Shown one piece after another: positions 24,484 to 35,900 of a stretch of DNA of 64,000 nucleotides (position 1 is the stretch's first letter; each line of letters begins with the position of its first letter). The DNA lies in assembly GCA_014905635.1 (NCBI GenBank), contig JABVCE010000034.1, forward strand, positions 248,001-312,000, in the 5' to 3' direction. The notes under the pieces were generated by a model. It had not been told where the DNA came from and did not search any database. It saw nothing but the letters and a program-made list of their open reading frames with translations. This DNA is from Scenedesmus sp. PABB004 (taxonomy: Eukaryota). The translations under genes and the position numbers were made by a program.

Positions 24484-25739
24484 GCCGCCCGCCCCGCCCC
24501 CGCCGGGCGACGCGGGAAAGAGGCTAGCAGAGGGGAGCCGCGGGGGGCCGAGGGGAGCCGCGGGCCGGCGGCGCGGGAGGATGCAGCTGCAGGTCCCTGG
24601 GCGGCGCTTGCGTGGGGCGGGCTCCTCTGTCTCACAGGGTGTGCTGGTGGCGGATCTGGAGCGCACCCCGCCAGGAGGGCCAGGAGGAGCAGCAGGCGCG
24701 CGGCGCGGTGCGGCGGCGGGGCGCAGCGGCGGGGCGCAGCGCCGCACAGCGGCCGTGAAGCCATGATCGTCACAACGCCCTCTCCCCCGGACGACAACAA
24801 CGCGAACAACTCCTCACCTCGCGCAACAGCAACAAGTCGCAAACGGCACGCGCCGGCGTTCCTGAGCTTTTTCTTTCTTGACCCTGGCGACCGCGCCGCG
24901 ATCATCTGCTCCTGATAGATGATACATGATGGCGCCGTGTGGGCGGCGCGCTTGATCACACCGCGCTGCGCGCGACGCCGGCCTGCACGCACGTGGGCGC
25001 CGAGCACGGCGGCGCCCACAGCAAAAGAAGAAAGGAAGGAACCCATGCCGCGCTAAACGTCGATTTATGTAAGGTGCTAGTTCAGCCCTTGTGCTGCGCA
25101 CCACGCTGCAAGCAGTGCGGCCCAGCGCCCCTCGCATTCGCCGCCACCGGCGCGGCGTGTGCCCGCGCGCGGCTTGGGCTGCAACCAACGGGTCGTCAGC
25201 GCCGCACGGTGCCCCGCTGGTGTTGTTGAGTGTGCGCGCGCGTGCCACTAGCCCCCGCGCGGCGCCTCCCCCACAGCCCAGCAGGCGCGGGGGAGGCGTA
25301 GGCCGCGTGCTGTCAGCACTGTTTGAGTGCGGTCCGTCAAACTCGGATCGAGCCCCGCGCCTGCTCATGGCAGGGCGCCCTGCGTACGACACGGGCGTTG
25401 AACGTGATTGCTGCCGCAGTGCGGCACGCAGGCACTGCCTGCCTCCACAAAACTGGAAAACAGCACGGCGGAGAGTCTCTTGCGAGTTGGTGCGGCTCTC
25501 ATGCGCGCACCTGCCACGGCCAGGGGGCCGTGTCCCCCAGAGAGAGACCCCCCCCCCCCCCCGTGCGCGCCAAGCACGACTCCTCACGCAGAGTGCTTCA
25601 TGGCTTGGCAGCACGCGACCAAAGAAAAAAGGGAAGGGTAAAAGGAAGGAAGCACGCCAGCTCAGGGGCGCGCGCATGAAGGAATGGGCTGCAGGTGCAA
25701 CGCGGAGCACGTGCACTGCATGCTCCCCTTGTGTCGAGC

Positions 25740-28198
25740 TCAGCAAATCGTGCAAGCGCAGCCAGGTGCGGCGGAGTCGCTTTGTGCGTGCACGCCGCTG
25801 AGGTTGCTCTGCGTGCTGCCGGCGGAGGCCCTGCTGAGGCTGCGCCGCGTGCTGTCGGCGCCCGACAGCTCGTCGCGGAGCAAGTGCTGCAGGTCGCGCA
25901 CCACGCTGCTCATGGTGGGCCGCGCCATAGGCTCCTGCGCCCAGCAGGCCTCGATGAGCGCCCACACGCCGTCGCCGACGCGCTTGGGCCGGGCGGGGCG
26001 GTGGCCGCGCGCCACCTTGGCGGCGTACCTGCGGCGCGGCGCGGCGGGCGGCGAGGCGGTCAGCGGTGCGCCGCCGTGGCCTGAGCGGTGAGGTGGTGAC
26101 GCTGCGCAAGTGGCGTCGGCTGCTGCGCGGCGGCGTGGCGGCGTGCGGCCAGCCGCGCGCGCTCACTGCTCTGTGATGACGGGGTTGGTCGAGGACGTGG
26201 GCAGCTCGGTGAAGATGAGCAGGCAGCGCGCTGCGAGCTCGTACAGCACCACGCCAAAGCTGAACACGTCGGCCTTCTCGTTGTACGGCTGGCCCAGGAA
26301 CACCTCGGGCGCCATGTACATGCAGCTGCCCGTCTGGCCTGCGCCGCGGCGGAGGGGCGGCGCGGCGGCGCGGCGGCGGCTCAGCGCCGGCGGGGCCCGC
26401 GCACGCGGCTGCAGCGCGCGCGCCCGCGCGCGTCGCGCGGCGCCCCGCGGGCGCCGGCGCGGGCGGCGCCGCGCGCCTGTCATGGTGAACACCTCTTCGA
26501 CGTCAATCCAGCTGCCCGTGGCGTCGCTGGCGCCCTCGGCGCCGGCGTCGACGCGCACCGGCTCGCCCAGCCACGTGCCGCAGGTCATCGTGCTGTGCGT
26601 GCTGCGCTCCTCGTCGCCATACTTGGCGCAGCCCGGCGCCGCGAGGCCGCGCGACAGCACGCAGCCACCGTTGGCCGAGTCGTCCGCGCGCGGCGGCGCC
26701 TGGAACGACACGCAGCGCCGCGGCGGGGGGCGGCGCGCGGCCGCGGGCGCGCCTGCGCCCGGCTGCTCGGCCTCCGTCGGCAGCAGCGCCGCAAGCGCGT
26801 CGGGCGGCATGGAGTGCACGCATGCCGCCGGCGTCGTGCGGCCGAGGCTGCCGGGGCCCCGCGGCACGCTGCCGGTGCTGTCGTGCACGCGCGCCCAGCC
26901 CGCCACGCCGCCCAGCGCCTGCGGCGCGTCGGCGCCGTCGCGGTCGGCGCCGCCGACGGTGCTGCACGTGCTCGGGGCGCCTCCCCCCGCACGCGCGCCG
27001 CCTCCCAGGAGCTGCCGCTGCAGCGCCGCCAGGTGCTCCTGCGTGAGCTGGCACCACGCGCCCTCGCCCGACACCGACGAGGCGCGCGGCGTGACGGGGG
27101 CGCTGGCGGCGTAGAACGCCGACGCGGGCTGGCACCCGGGGGCAGCGGGCAGGCTGACGCGCAGCAGCTTCTCGCGCGTGCTATCGGCAGTCTGCGGGTG
27201 CGGGCCGCGGGGGCGGCCGGCCAGTTGGTTGGCGCCGCAGCCGCGCGCACCACGCGCAGAGCTGGCGGCGCCGTGCAGAGCTGGCGCCGCGTGGGCGGCG
27301 CCGGGCAGCCGCGCGCGCACCACGTGGAGGCCAAAGTCGCTGAGCTTGGCCACCGTCTGGCCCTCCTCTTTGGTGAGCATGACGTTGCCGAGCTTCACGT
27401 CGCGGTGGATGACCGCGGGGCTGCGCAGGTGGAGGTACTCGAGCGCGCTCGCGACGTCCAGGGCCCAGCCCAGCGCGTCGGCGTCGCGGTACACGCGGCT
27501 GCCGGGGGTGATCATGGCCTGAGAGACCTTCTCCTGCAGCGTGCCGCCCTGCGGGGGGCGCGCGGAGGCGCGCGGTCAGCAAGGCGGCTGGCGCCGCCGC
27601 GCGGCGTCACCCGGCGGGGCCGGCTGCTGGCCCCCGCGGCGCGGTGTCCCGCAGGCGCCGCACCTTGCAGTACTCGAGCGCGAGCGCCCACTTGCCGGCA
27701 TGGTTCTCGTTCTCGAGCTTGCAGAGCGCGCGGAAGCCGATCACGCGCCTGCGCGGGCGCGGGACGGGGGGCAGGTGCTCAGGATGAGCACCGGTGTGCC
27801 TGCGGGGCGCGGCGCCGCTGCGGGCGCACCGCGGCGCCGCTGCGCGCGCGTCCGCGCACCCGTGCTGGCAGCTGCTCAGCATCTGCGCCTCGCGCAGGAA
27901 CATCTTGACCTCCAGGCTGTCTTCGTCGCCGCCGCTGCTGCAGGCCTTGAAGGCCACCTCCTCGCCGTCGTAGAGGCCTGTGAGCGGGCCCGGAGAGCGG
28001 CGGGCAGGGCCGATCACGCTTTCCGGCCGCGGCGGGCGCCCGGCGTGGCTGCCCTCGGCGCGGAGGCCGGCAGGACCACGCGCATCACCGCTCAGGCGCC
28101 GCCAGCACCCCAGGCCCACCTCTGTACACAGTGCCAAACGCGCCAGCGCCTATCCGGTTGAGCAGCTTCACCTTGCGCTTGCTCGTGGGCCCCGCCAT
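25740..28198 (-). CDS. TKL/Raf-like protein kinase, paralog A, with a large activation-segment insert and C-terminal CaaX-like end
   Basis: IGAGAFGTVYRG; VAFK; LEYCKGGTL; IHRDVKLGN; KLSDFG; long insert; MTGQTGSCMYMAPE; KADVFSFGVVLYEL; CWAQEPMARP; ends GCACTIC*. Confidence 0.88.
25886..26460. repeat. Inverted repeat block B (matches ~30838-31410)
   Basis: Near-identical reverse complement including intron sequence; duplicated ORFs 26060- vs 31039+. Confidence 0.9.
27294..27696. repeat. Inverted repeat block A (matches ~29611-30012)
   Basis: Near-identical reverse complement, including the intron after LEYCK. Confidence 0.9.
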
Positions 28199-29105
28199 GG
28201 CCGCCGCAGCGAAAACCGGCGCAGGCTGGACGCGCGGGGCTGCGCACATGCACCCCCGGGCTGCACGTGCGATACCTATGGCGTGCGGACGGGCTCACTG
28301 GCCGGAGAGCTGGCTCGCCGGCGCCGCGGCGCAGCGGGGAGGACGGCAGAAGCCGAGCGGCAGTGCAGACCCGCGGGGCAGGTCAGTCGCGATCGGGAGA
28401 GATTCGCTGGTGGCCCGGACGCGGCTGAGGCCCCGTCACAACCGTGTTTCGCTGAATCCGGCGCGGCAGGCCCCGCTGATGCCCCCGCGCCGCGCGGCGC
28501 GCGCGCGAGCGCGGGTGCCGGCGGTGCGCGCCGCCCCGCGAGCCCGCTGCCGGCCGCACGAGCCCTCTTTCGCGCGGTGCGGCCTCAACACCATCCCTGC
28601 AGCCGTCTGCATGGCCAGCGGGCAGCGCTCGGGCACCACGCCGCCGCCTCGACGGCGGCGTCACCGGTCGACGCCGGCCGGCCACGAGCCGTGCGCGCGG
28701 CGCACGGGCCGTCGCGCCGGCCCCGATCCAATCCCAATCTCTTCACACGAGTGTTGCAGCGGAGCGTACGGACGGGGACCCGGTGTCGGCATCGGGGGCG
28801 AGCGGCCGGCGACCGAGAGGCCACTGCAAGATTCGCGGGCCCCGCAGCCGCGCGCCGAGGACGCCCCGACCAGACCCGCGCCGATCACGTGGAGCGCACT
28901 GCGCGGCCGCAGCCCGCACCACCCGGGGCGGCAACAGCCCCAGCAGCAGCCCCCAGCCCCAGCCCCCAGCCCCCAGCAGCAGCCCCCTCTGCTCCGCTCG
29001 GCGCTGCGCGCGCTGGCAGCTTGGGTGGGCATCGGCCCCGGGCGCCTGCGCGGCGCCCGCGCGTGACCGGGGCCGCGCACGTGCGGAGGGCTTGCATCGC
29101 GCGCG

Positions 29106-31637
29106 ATGGGCGCCTGCGCTCCGCCGGCTGAGGACGGCAAGCGTCGCCTGAGGCTCCTGAACAAGCTGGGCAAAGGCAGCTTTGGCGTGGTCTTCAAGGG
29201 TGCGAGCTCAGGCCTGGCTCAGGCCTGGCGCGGCGCCGCGCGGCGCCGCGACGCCGCCGCGTGCGCGCCCGCCGCGGCCGTGCTGCCGCGCGCGCCCCGT
29301 GCCTCGGCCCGGCCCTCACGTCCTGCGCTCCCGGCGCAGGCACGCTGGATGGCGCCGTCGTCGCGGTGAAGACGGCCTCCAACGAGGGCGGGGACAGCGC
29401 GGAGCACCTCCTCGCGCAGCGCATGTTCATCCGGGAGGCCCAGGTCCTCAAGGACTGCCAGCACGGGTGACCACCTCGCCGCCGCGCCACGTGCATTGGC
29501 GCCGCAGCCGCGCCGCGCTCGAGCTCACGCCGCCGCTGTCCGCCGCGTGCCGCAGGCGCATCGTGGGGTTCAGGGCGCTCTGCCGCATCAACACCGACAA
29601 GCACGCGGGCGGCAAGTGGGCGCTCGCGCTCGAGTACTGCAAGGTGCGGCGCCTGCGGGACACGGCGCCGCGGCGGCCAGCAGCCGGCCCCGCCGGGTGA
29701 CGCCGCGCGGCGGCGCCAGCCGCCTTGCTGACCGCGCGCCTCCGCGCGCCCCCCGCAGGGCGGCACGCTGCAGGAGAAGGTCTCTCAGGCCATGATCACC
29801 CCCGGCAGCCGCGTGTACCGCGACGCCGACGCGCTGGGCTGGGCCCTGGACGTCGCGAGCGCGCTCGAGTACCTCCACCTGCGCAGCCCCGCGGTCATCC
29901 ACCGCGACGTGAAGCTCGGCAACGTCCTGCTCACCAAAGAGGAGGGCCAGACGGTGGCCAAGCTCAGCGACTTTGGCCTCCACGTGGTGCGCACGCGGCT
30001 GCCCGGCGCCGCGCCGCCCACGCACGCCGCGCGCGCGGCGCCCCCAGCCCCGGGCCCTGCCACGACGAGGGGCTGCCGCCGCACGCAGATCACCGACTCG
30101 CAGCGAGAGCGCCTCATGCGCGTCAGCATCAGCAGCGGCCCCGGCACCCAGCTGCAGCACTTTTACACCTCCCCTGTGACGGAGCATGAGGGCGGCGCCC
30201 CAGCTCCCGGCGCCGCCGCCGCGGAGGCGACGCACCGCGCCGGGGCCCCCCAGACTGGCGGCGTCGGCAGCAGCTGGTGCCCGCTGACGCAGACGCACCT
30301 GACGACGCTGCAGGCGCAGCTTGGGCCGGCCGTGCGCGCGGGAGGCGTGCGGCACGCCGACCACCACTACGGCGAGCTGCACGACAGCAGCGGCAGCGTG
30401 CCCTACCTCGGCGCGCCGCCGGGCGCGCACGGCATGCCGGGCGCCACGGCCGCCGACGCCGCGGCGCTGGGCGGCCGCCGGCGCCCGCCGCCGCGGCGCG
30501 GCGCGTCATTCAGCGGCGTTCAGCGCAGCGGCGCCGGCAAGCCCGGCCCGCGCCGCGCGGCGTCGTTCCGCGTCGACGCGGCGCAGGCCGGCGCGCGCGC
30601 GGGCATGCCTGCCGCCATGTGGGCGTTCTCCGAGCAGGTCGAGGCGGCGATGGCCGACGACGCCAGCGTGTGCAGCCTCGCCACCGACGGCACGTGGGTC
30701 AGCAACGGCACCGCCGTCACCGGCGGCAGCGACGCCACCACCGCCATCACCGGCGCCAGCGCCGACGACGACGGCAGCAGCTGCTGGACCGACGCAGAGC
30801 TGGTCTACAACCTCACGGGTGGGCGGCGCAGACGCCTGCGCCGGCGCCCGCGGGGCGCCGCGCGACGCGCAGGCGCGCGTGCTGCGGCCGCGTGCGCGGG
30901 CCCCGCCGGCGCTGAGCCGCCGCCGCGCCGCCGCGCCGCCCCTCCGCCGCGGCGCAGGCCAGACGGGCAGCTGCATGTACATGGCGCCCGAGGTGTTCCT
31001 GGGCCAGCCGTACAACGAGAAGGCCGACGTGTTCAGCTTTGGCGTGGTGCTGTACGAGCTCGCAGCGCGCTGCCTGCTCATCTTCACCGAGCTGCCCACG
31101 TCCTCGACCAACCCCGTCATCACAGAGCAGTGAGCGCGCGCGGCTGGCCGCACGCCGCCACGCCGCCGCGCAGCAGCCGACGCCACTTGCGCAGCGTCAC
31201 CACCTCACCGCTCAGGCCACGGCGGCGCACCGCTGACCGCCTCGCCGCCCGCCGCGCCGCGCCGCAGGTACGCCGCCAAGGTGGCGCGCGGCCACCGCCC
31301 CGCCCGGCCCAAGCGCGTCGGCGACGGCGTGTGGGCGCTCATCGAGGCCTGCTGGGCGCAGGAGCCTATGGCGCGGCCCACCATGAGCAGCGTGGTGCGC
31401 GACCTGCAGCTCCTGCTGGCGAGCGAGCCGGGTGCCGTGGTGCCGAGCGCGCCCGTCAGCCGCCGCAACTCTTTCAGCGAGCGCCCGGCCGTGGCTGCGT
31501 CCGACGCGGGCGCGGCGCCCGCGTCAGCGGCAGCCGGCGCGAATGGCGCCGGCAGCGCGTGTGGCGAGGCGGCGGTGCTGGCTGGCGCGCGCGTTGATGG
31601 GGACACCCCGCAGGGCTGCGCCTGCGCTATTTGCTGA
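29106..31637 (+). CDS. TKL/Raf-like protein kinase, paralog B (inverted duplicate of A)
   Basis: MGAC...LGKGSFGVVFKG; VAVK; IHRDVKLGN; SDFG; long insert; NLTGQTGSCMYMAPE; ends GCACAIC*. Confidence 0.88.
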
Positions 31638-32641
31638 GGTGCGGCGCCTGCGCCGCTCCACCGGCTCACAGCAGCGGGCAAGCATCAGACAGCTGCAGTC
31701 AGCAGCTGACTCTCAACCCAGGCATGTGCGTGGCAACTGCGAACCGCAGAGTGTGTAGGGTTTAGGGGGGGGGGGGGGCGCGACCTGCATGTGCCGTGCG
31801 TGCCAGCTGTGCGGCGCCGGCGGCCGTGCGCTGCGAGCAAGACAGGGGAAAGGAAGGAGGGAAGGTGCTGGGTTGGCCCAGGCTATAGAACACCGGATGC
31901 CTGCATGCGCAGCATGCAGTCGCCTGCGTGGGGGCGAGGTTGCTCATCTGTGGTGGTTCGCGCGGTGGGGCAGACCGAAAGTGCTTGGTGTGCGGGGCGT
32001 TTGCTGCTCTCTCTCTGTTTTTCTGGACGCCAACCTGGCTGTTCAGCATTCTAAACGCGCCGGGTGATTGATTGCGCAATCCCTTGCCTTCAACAACGGC
32101 TCGCGCGTGCGCTGCCGGCGTGGGCTCTGATAGGGCGGCCCTCAGCGGCTGCGCGGTGCTCGCTCCAGCTCACCGCTCCTTGGGATGCGGCTGGCCGGGT
32201 GGTGGGCGTGCTGGCGGGCGGGTGGCGGGGATCGCATTATTGCCAACTGGCCGTAGCGTGCACCTGCACGGGCGGCCGCCCTCGTGGGCTGGTCGCTCGG
32301 CGCGCGCGGGCGCGGCGCAGCACCAACCAAGCCCCGGAACCTGCCCCTGCGTGCGTGTTGGTGCGTGAGGCTGCCAGTACTCGCCTTTCCTGGCCTGCTG
32401 CGCGGCGCCCGCTTCGCGGCGCCGCCGTTGTAACCTGAACTCGCAGGAGTCCCTGCAGCTCGCCAGCAACCCCGGCCGCGCAGCGGCGTCGCACACCCAG
32501 CCGGGAAGGGCGAGGCCCGCCCTCCCGCCGCGCCGCCCGCCGCGCTCCGGGGCGGGCAACTCAGCAGCGCGCCGCCGGCGCCCCTCTGCAGGCGCTGCGC
32601 CCGTTGCCCACCGCCAACAGCTCCCGGCTGGACCGCACCAC

Positions 32642-32920
32642 ATGGCGCTCCCGGGCGTGAGCGCGCAGGGCATCCGGCGGCCGGAGGCGGCGAGCAGCAC
32701 CGCCGTGCCGCCCGGCGCTCTGCAGTGGGCGCTCGCCCACCTGTTCGCCGCCGCGGACACGGGGCCGCTCAAGGCGGCGGCCCTGTGGGAGGGCACGCTC
32801 TTCGTGTCGGCGCGGCGCGGCATCGCGGCCGTGGACTCGCTGACCGGCCGGTGCGCCGCGCTGCTGCGTGCACGCCGCGCCGGGCGCGCCGCTGCTGCGC
32901 GCGCCAACAGCGGCGCCTTT

Positions 32921-32970
<50 letters not shown>

Positions 32971-35900
32971 GCCCGGCCGCCGCAGGTACGTGGAGTTCGC
33001 GCGCGCCGACCCCGAGCACGGCCTGGCGCACGCGCTGTGCGCTGCGCCGAGCGCGGACGGCCCCGTGCTCTGGGCCGTCAGCGGCGCGGGCAGCGCGCGC
33101 GTCTACAGCGTCGCGCGCGCCGCGCCGGCGCGCAAGCCGTTCCCCGCGCACAGCGGCGAAGTGCTCGCGCTGCTCGCCACCGCCGGCGGATTTGTGCTCA
33201 GCGGCGGCGCCGACTTCCAGGTGCGGTCGTGGACGGCCACGGGCGAGCTGCTGTCGGCGAGCGGGCACCACCACGCAGCTGTGCAGTGCCTCGCCGTCGC
33301 GCAGCTCAGCGGCGCCGCCACCGGCGCAGCGCCCGCCAGCGAGCGCGGCGCGGGCGCTGCCGCCGCCGCCGCCGTGGCAGCCGGCGGCAGCCTGCGGCGC
33401 GCGAGCACTGCTGGGCGGCGCACTGCGAGCGGCGCCGGCGGGGGCGCCGGCAGTGGCGCGGTCGACCTGCCTGGCGCGCTGGGCTGCAAGGTCTGGGCAG
33501 GCGCCGCCGACGGCAGCCTGTCGGTGTGCACAGACGCGGCGGGCGCGGGGCGGCTTGACCCGGGGGGCTGGCGCGTGATCAAGTCGGACGGCATGCGAGG
33601 TGAGCGCTGGGTTGCCGCGGCCAGCACGCCTAGCGCGCTGGGCGTGCGCGGTCAGCGACGGGCGCCGACTCGCACCGCCGCCCACAGGCGCGCGCAGCAT
33701 GCTGCTGCTGCCCGACGGCCGGCTGTGGGTGGGCTGCGACGACGGCCGTGTGTTCACCTTTGACGCCGCCACCGAGGTCCAGCTCAGCGTGCTGCGCGTG
33801 GGCCAGGGCGCCGTCACCGCCATGGCCCTGGTCGGCGGCGGGGGCCCCCGGGCGGCTGCGGCGCCGTCGGCACCGGCGCGCAGGTGTGGTTGGCGTGCGA
33901 CCGCTGCGTGAGCGCGCACGACCCTGCGAGCGGCGCGGCGCTCTTCACGCTGCCGCCCGAGCCCGGCGACAGCTTTGTCAGGGCGCTGCTGCCGGTGGCC
34001 TGGGGCACGTGGCTGCTCAGCGCCAGCAGCTTGCGCCAGCTGGCGCTGCGCGCGGCGTGGGAGGGCGTGGCGCAGCAGGTGCGGATGATAGGGTGTGGGG
34101 AATGGGGTGAGGGTGGGGCGATCTCCTGCTGACTGCGCCGTTGCCGCCGCCCGCACACAGGCTGCCAGCCTGGCTGGCGAGCTTGCGGCGAGCCGCGCCC
34201 AGCTCACCGACTGCCAGGCGCTGGCAGGGCAGCAGGCGCTGTCCTTGAGCCAGCAGTCTGGGGCGCTGGCAGACCTGGAGGAGCAGTTGCAGGCCGCGCG
34301 GGAGCAGGCCGGCGCTCAAGCGCAGCATGCGCAACGGCTGCAGGAAGGACTGCGCGCGGCGCAGCAGCAGGCCGCGCAAGAGGCAGAGGCAGGGCGCGCG
34401 CGCACCGCCCGGCAGGAGCAGGAGGCTGGCGCGCTGCAGCAGCAGCTGGCGCAGCTGGCGCAGCAGGCGCAGCAGGCGCAGCAGGCGCAGCAGGCGCAGC
34501 AGGCGCAGCAGGCGCAGCAGGCGCAGCAGGCGCAGCAGGCGCAGCAGGCGCAGGCGCGCGCTGGAGAGCTGGCATCGCGCGAGCGAGCAGCCGTGGAGGC
34601 CCAGATGGCAGCCGAGGGCGAGCTGGCTGCAGCGCAGCGCATGGCGGATGCCGCCAAACACGATGCAGCTGCTGCGCTGTGCGCAGCCGCCGCCGAGGTG
34701 CAGCTGCTGAAGGAGGAGGCGTCGGCGGCAGCTGCAGAGGCGGCGCAGGCAAGGGCACTGCAGGCGGCGGCCCTCGCCGACCTTGTGGCAGCGCGGGCGG
34801 AGCTCGAGGCAGCGCGGACGGAGCTCGAGGCAGCGCGGTCGCGCGCCGCGCTCCTTGAAGAGGCCGCGGCGGCGGCAGCCCGCGAGGCGGCGGCGGCGGC
34901 GGCAGCCCGCGAGACCGCGGCGGCGGCGGCCGCCCGCGAGACCGCGGCCGCAGCTGCCGCAGAGCAGCACGCGCTGACCGAGCGGCTGGCGGCAGCCGAC
35001 CGGGAGCTGGCGGCCACGCTCGGGACGGCTGAAGCGCTGCGGCAGCAGCTGGAGGCTGCTAGGCAGCATGCCGAGGCCAGCAGCAAGGCCGCCGAGCTGG
35101 AGCGCCTGCGCGCCCTGGAGCTGCAGCAGCAGCTTGACGCAGCTCGGGAGAGCCACCAGCAGGCGGCAGCGGAGGCGGCGGCGGCGCTGCAGCAGACGCG
35201 TGCAGAGCTAGCAGCGAGCCAGGCCGATGCGCTGGCAGCAGCCGCGACCGCGGAGCAGCGTGCACAAGCACTGGAGGCCAGCGTGGCCGCTGCGGAGAGT
35301 GCGGTCAGCGGCCTCCGGAAGGACCTGCTCGACAGCACGGAGCAGGCGGGCCTGGAGCAGCAGGCAGCCAGGGAGGCGCGTGTCGCGCTGGAAGCGCAGC
35401 TGGCGGCCGCGCAGGCGCAGGGCTGCGCCGCCATCGCCGAGGCGGCTGGCCGTTGCGCAGAGCTCGCCGCTGCGCAGGCGCAGTTCGCTGCCGCGGAGCG
35501 GGCAGCGGCTCGTCGGCAGGAGGAGCTCGAAGCGGCAGCCGCCGCGCGCAGCCTGGCTCAGCTGGGGCAGCTGGAGCAGCTGCAGCAAGCGCACGACCAC
35601 CTGCACGCGCGCCTGCAGCAGCAGGCGCAGCTAGCGACAGAGGGCATCGCTGCCGCCGAAGCCGCAGCCGCCGCCGCCGCGGCTGCCGCAGCTGACGAGC
35701 TGGCGGCGGTGCGGCAGGAGCTGGGCGCAGCGACAGCGCTGGCGTCCGAGCTCCAGGCGTCTCTTGGGGCCGCGCAGCGCGCGGAGCAGGGCGCGGTTCA
35801 GCTGTTGGAGCAGCGCCAGCAGCAACTGGCAGACGTCCAGCAGCAGCTGGCGGCTGTCACGGAGCAGGCGCAACAGCTGGCGGCGCAGCCGGCGGCTGCG

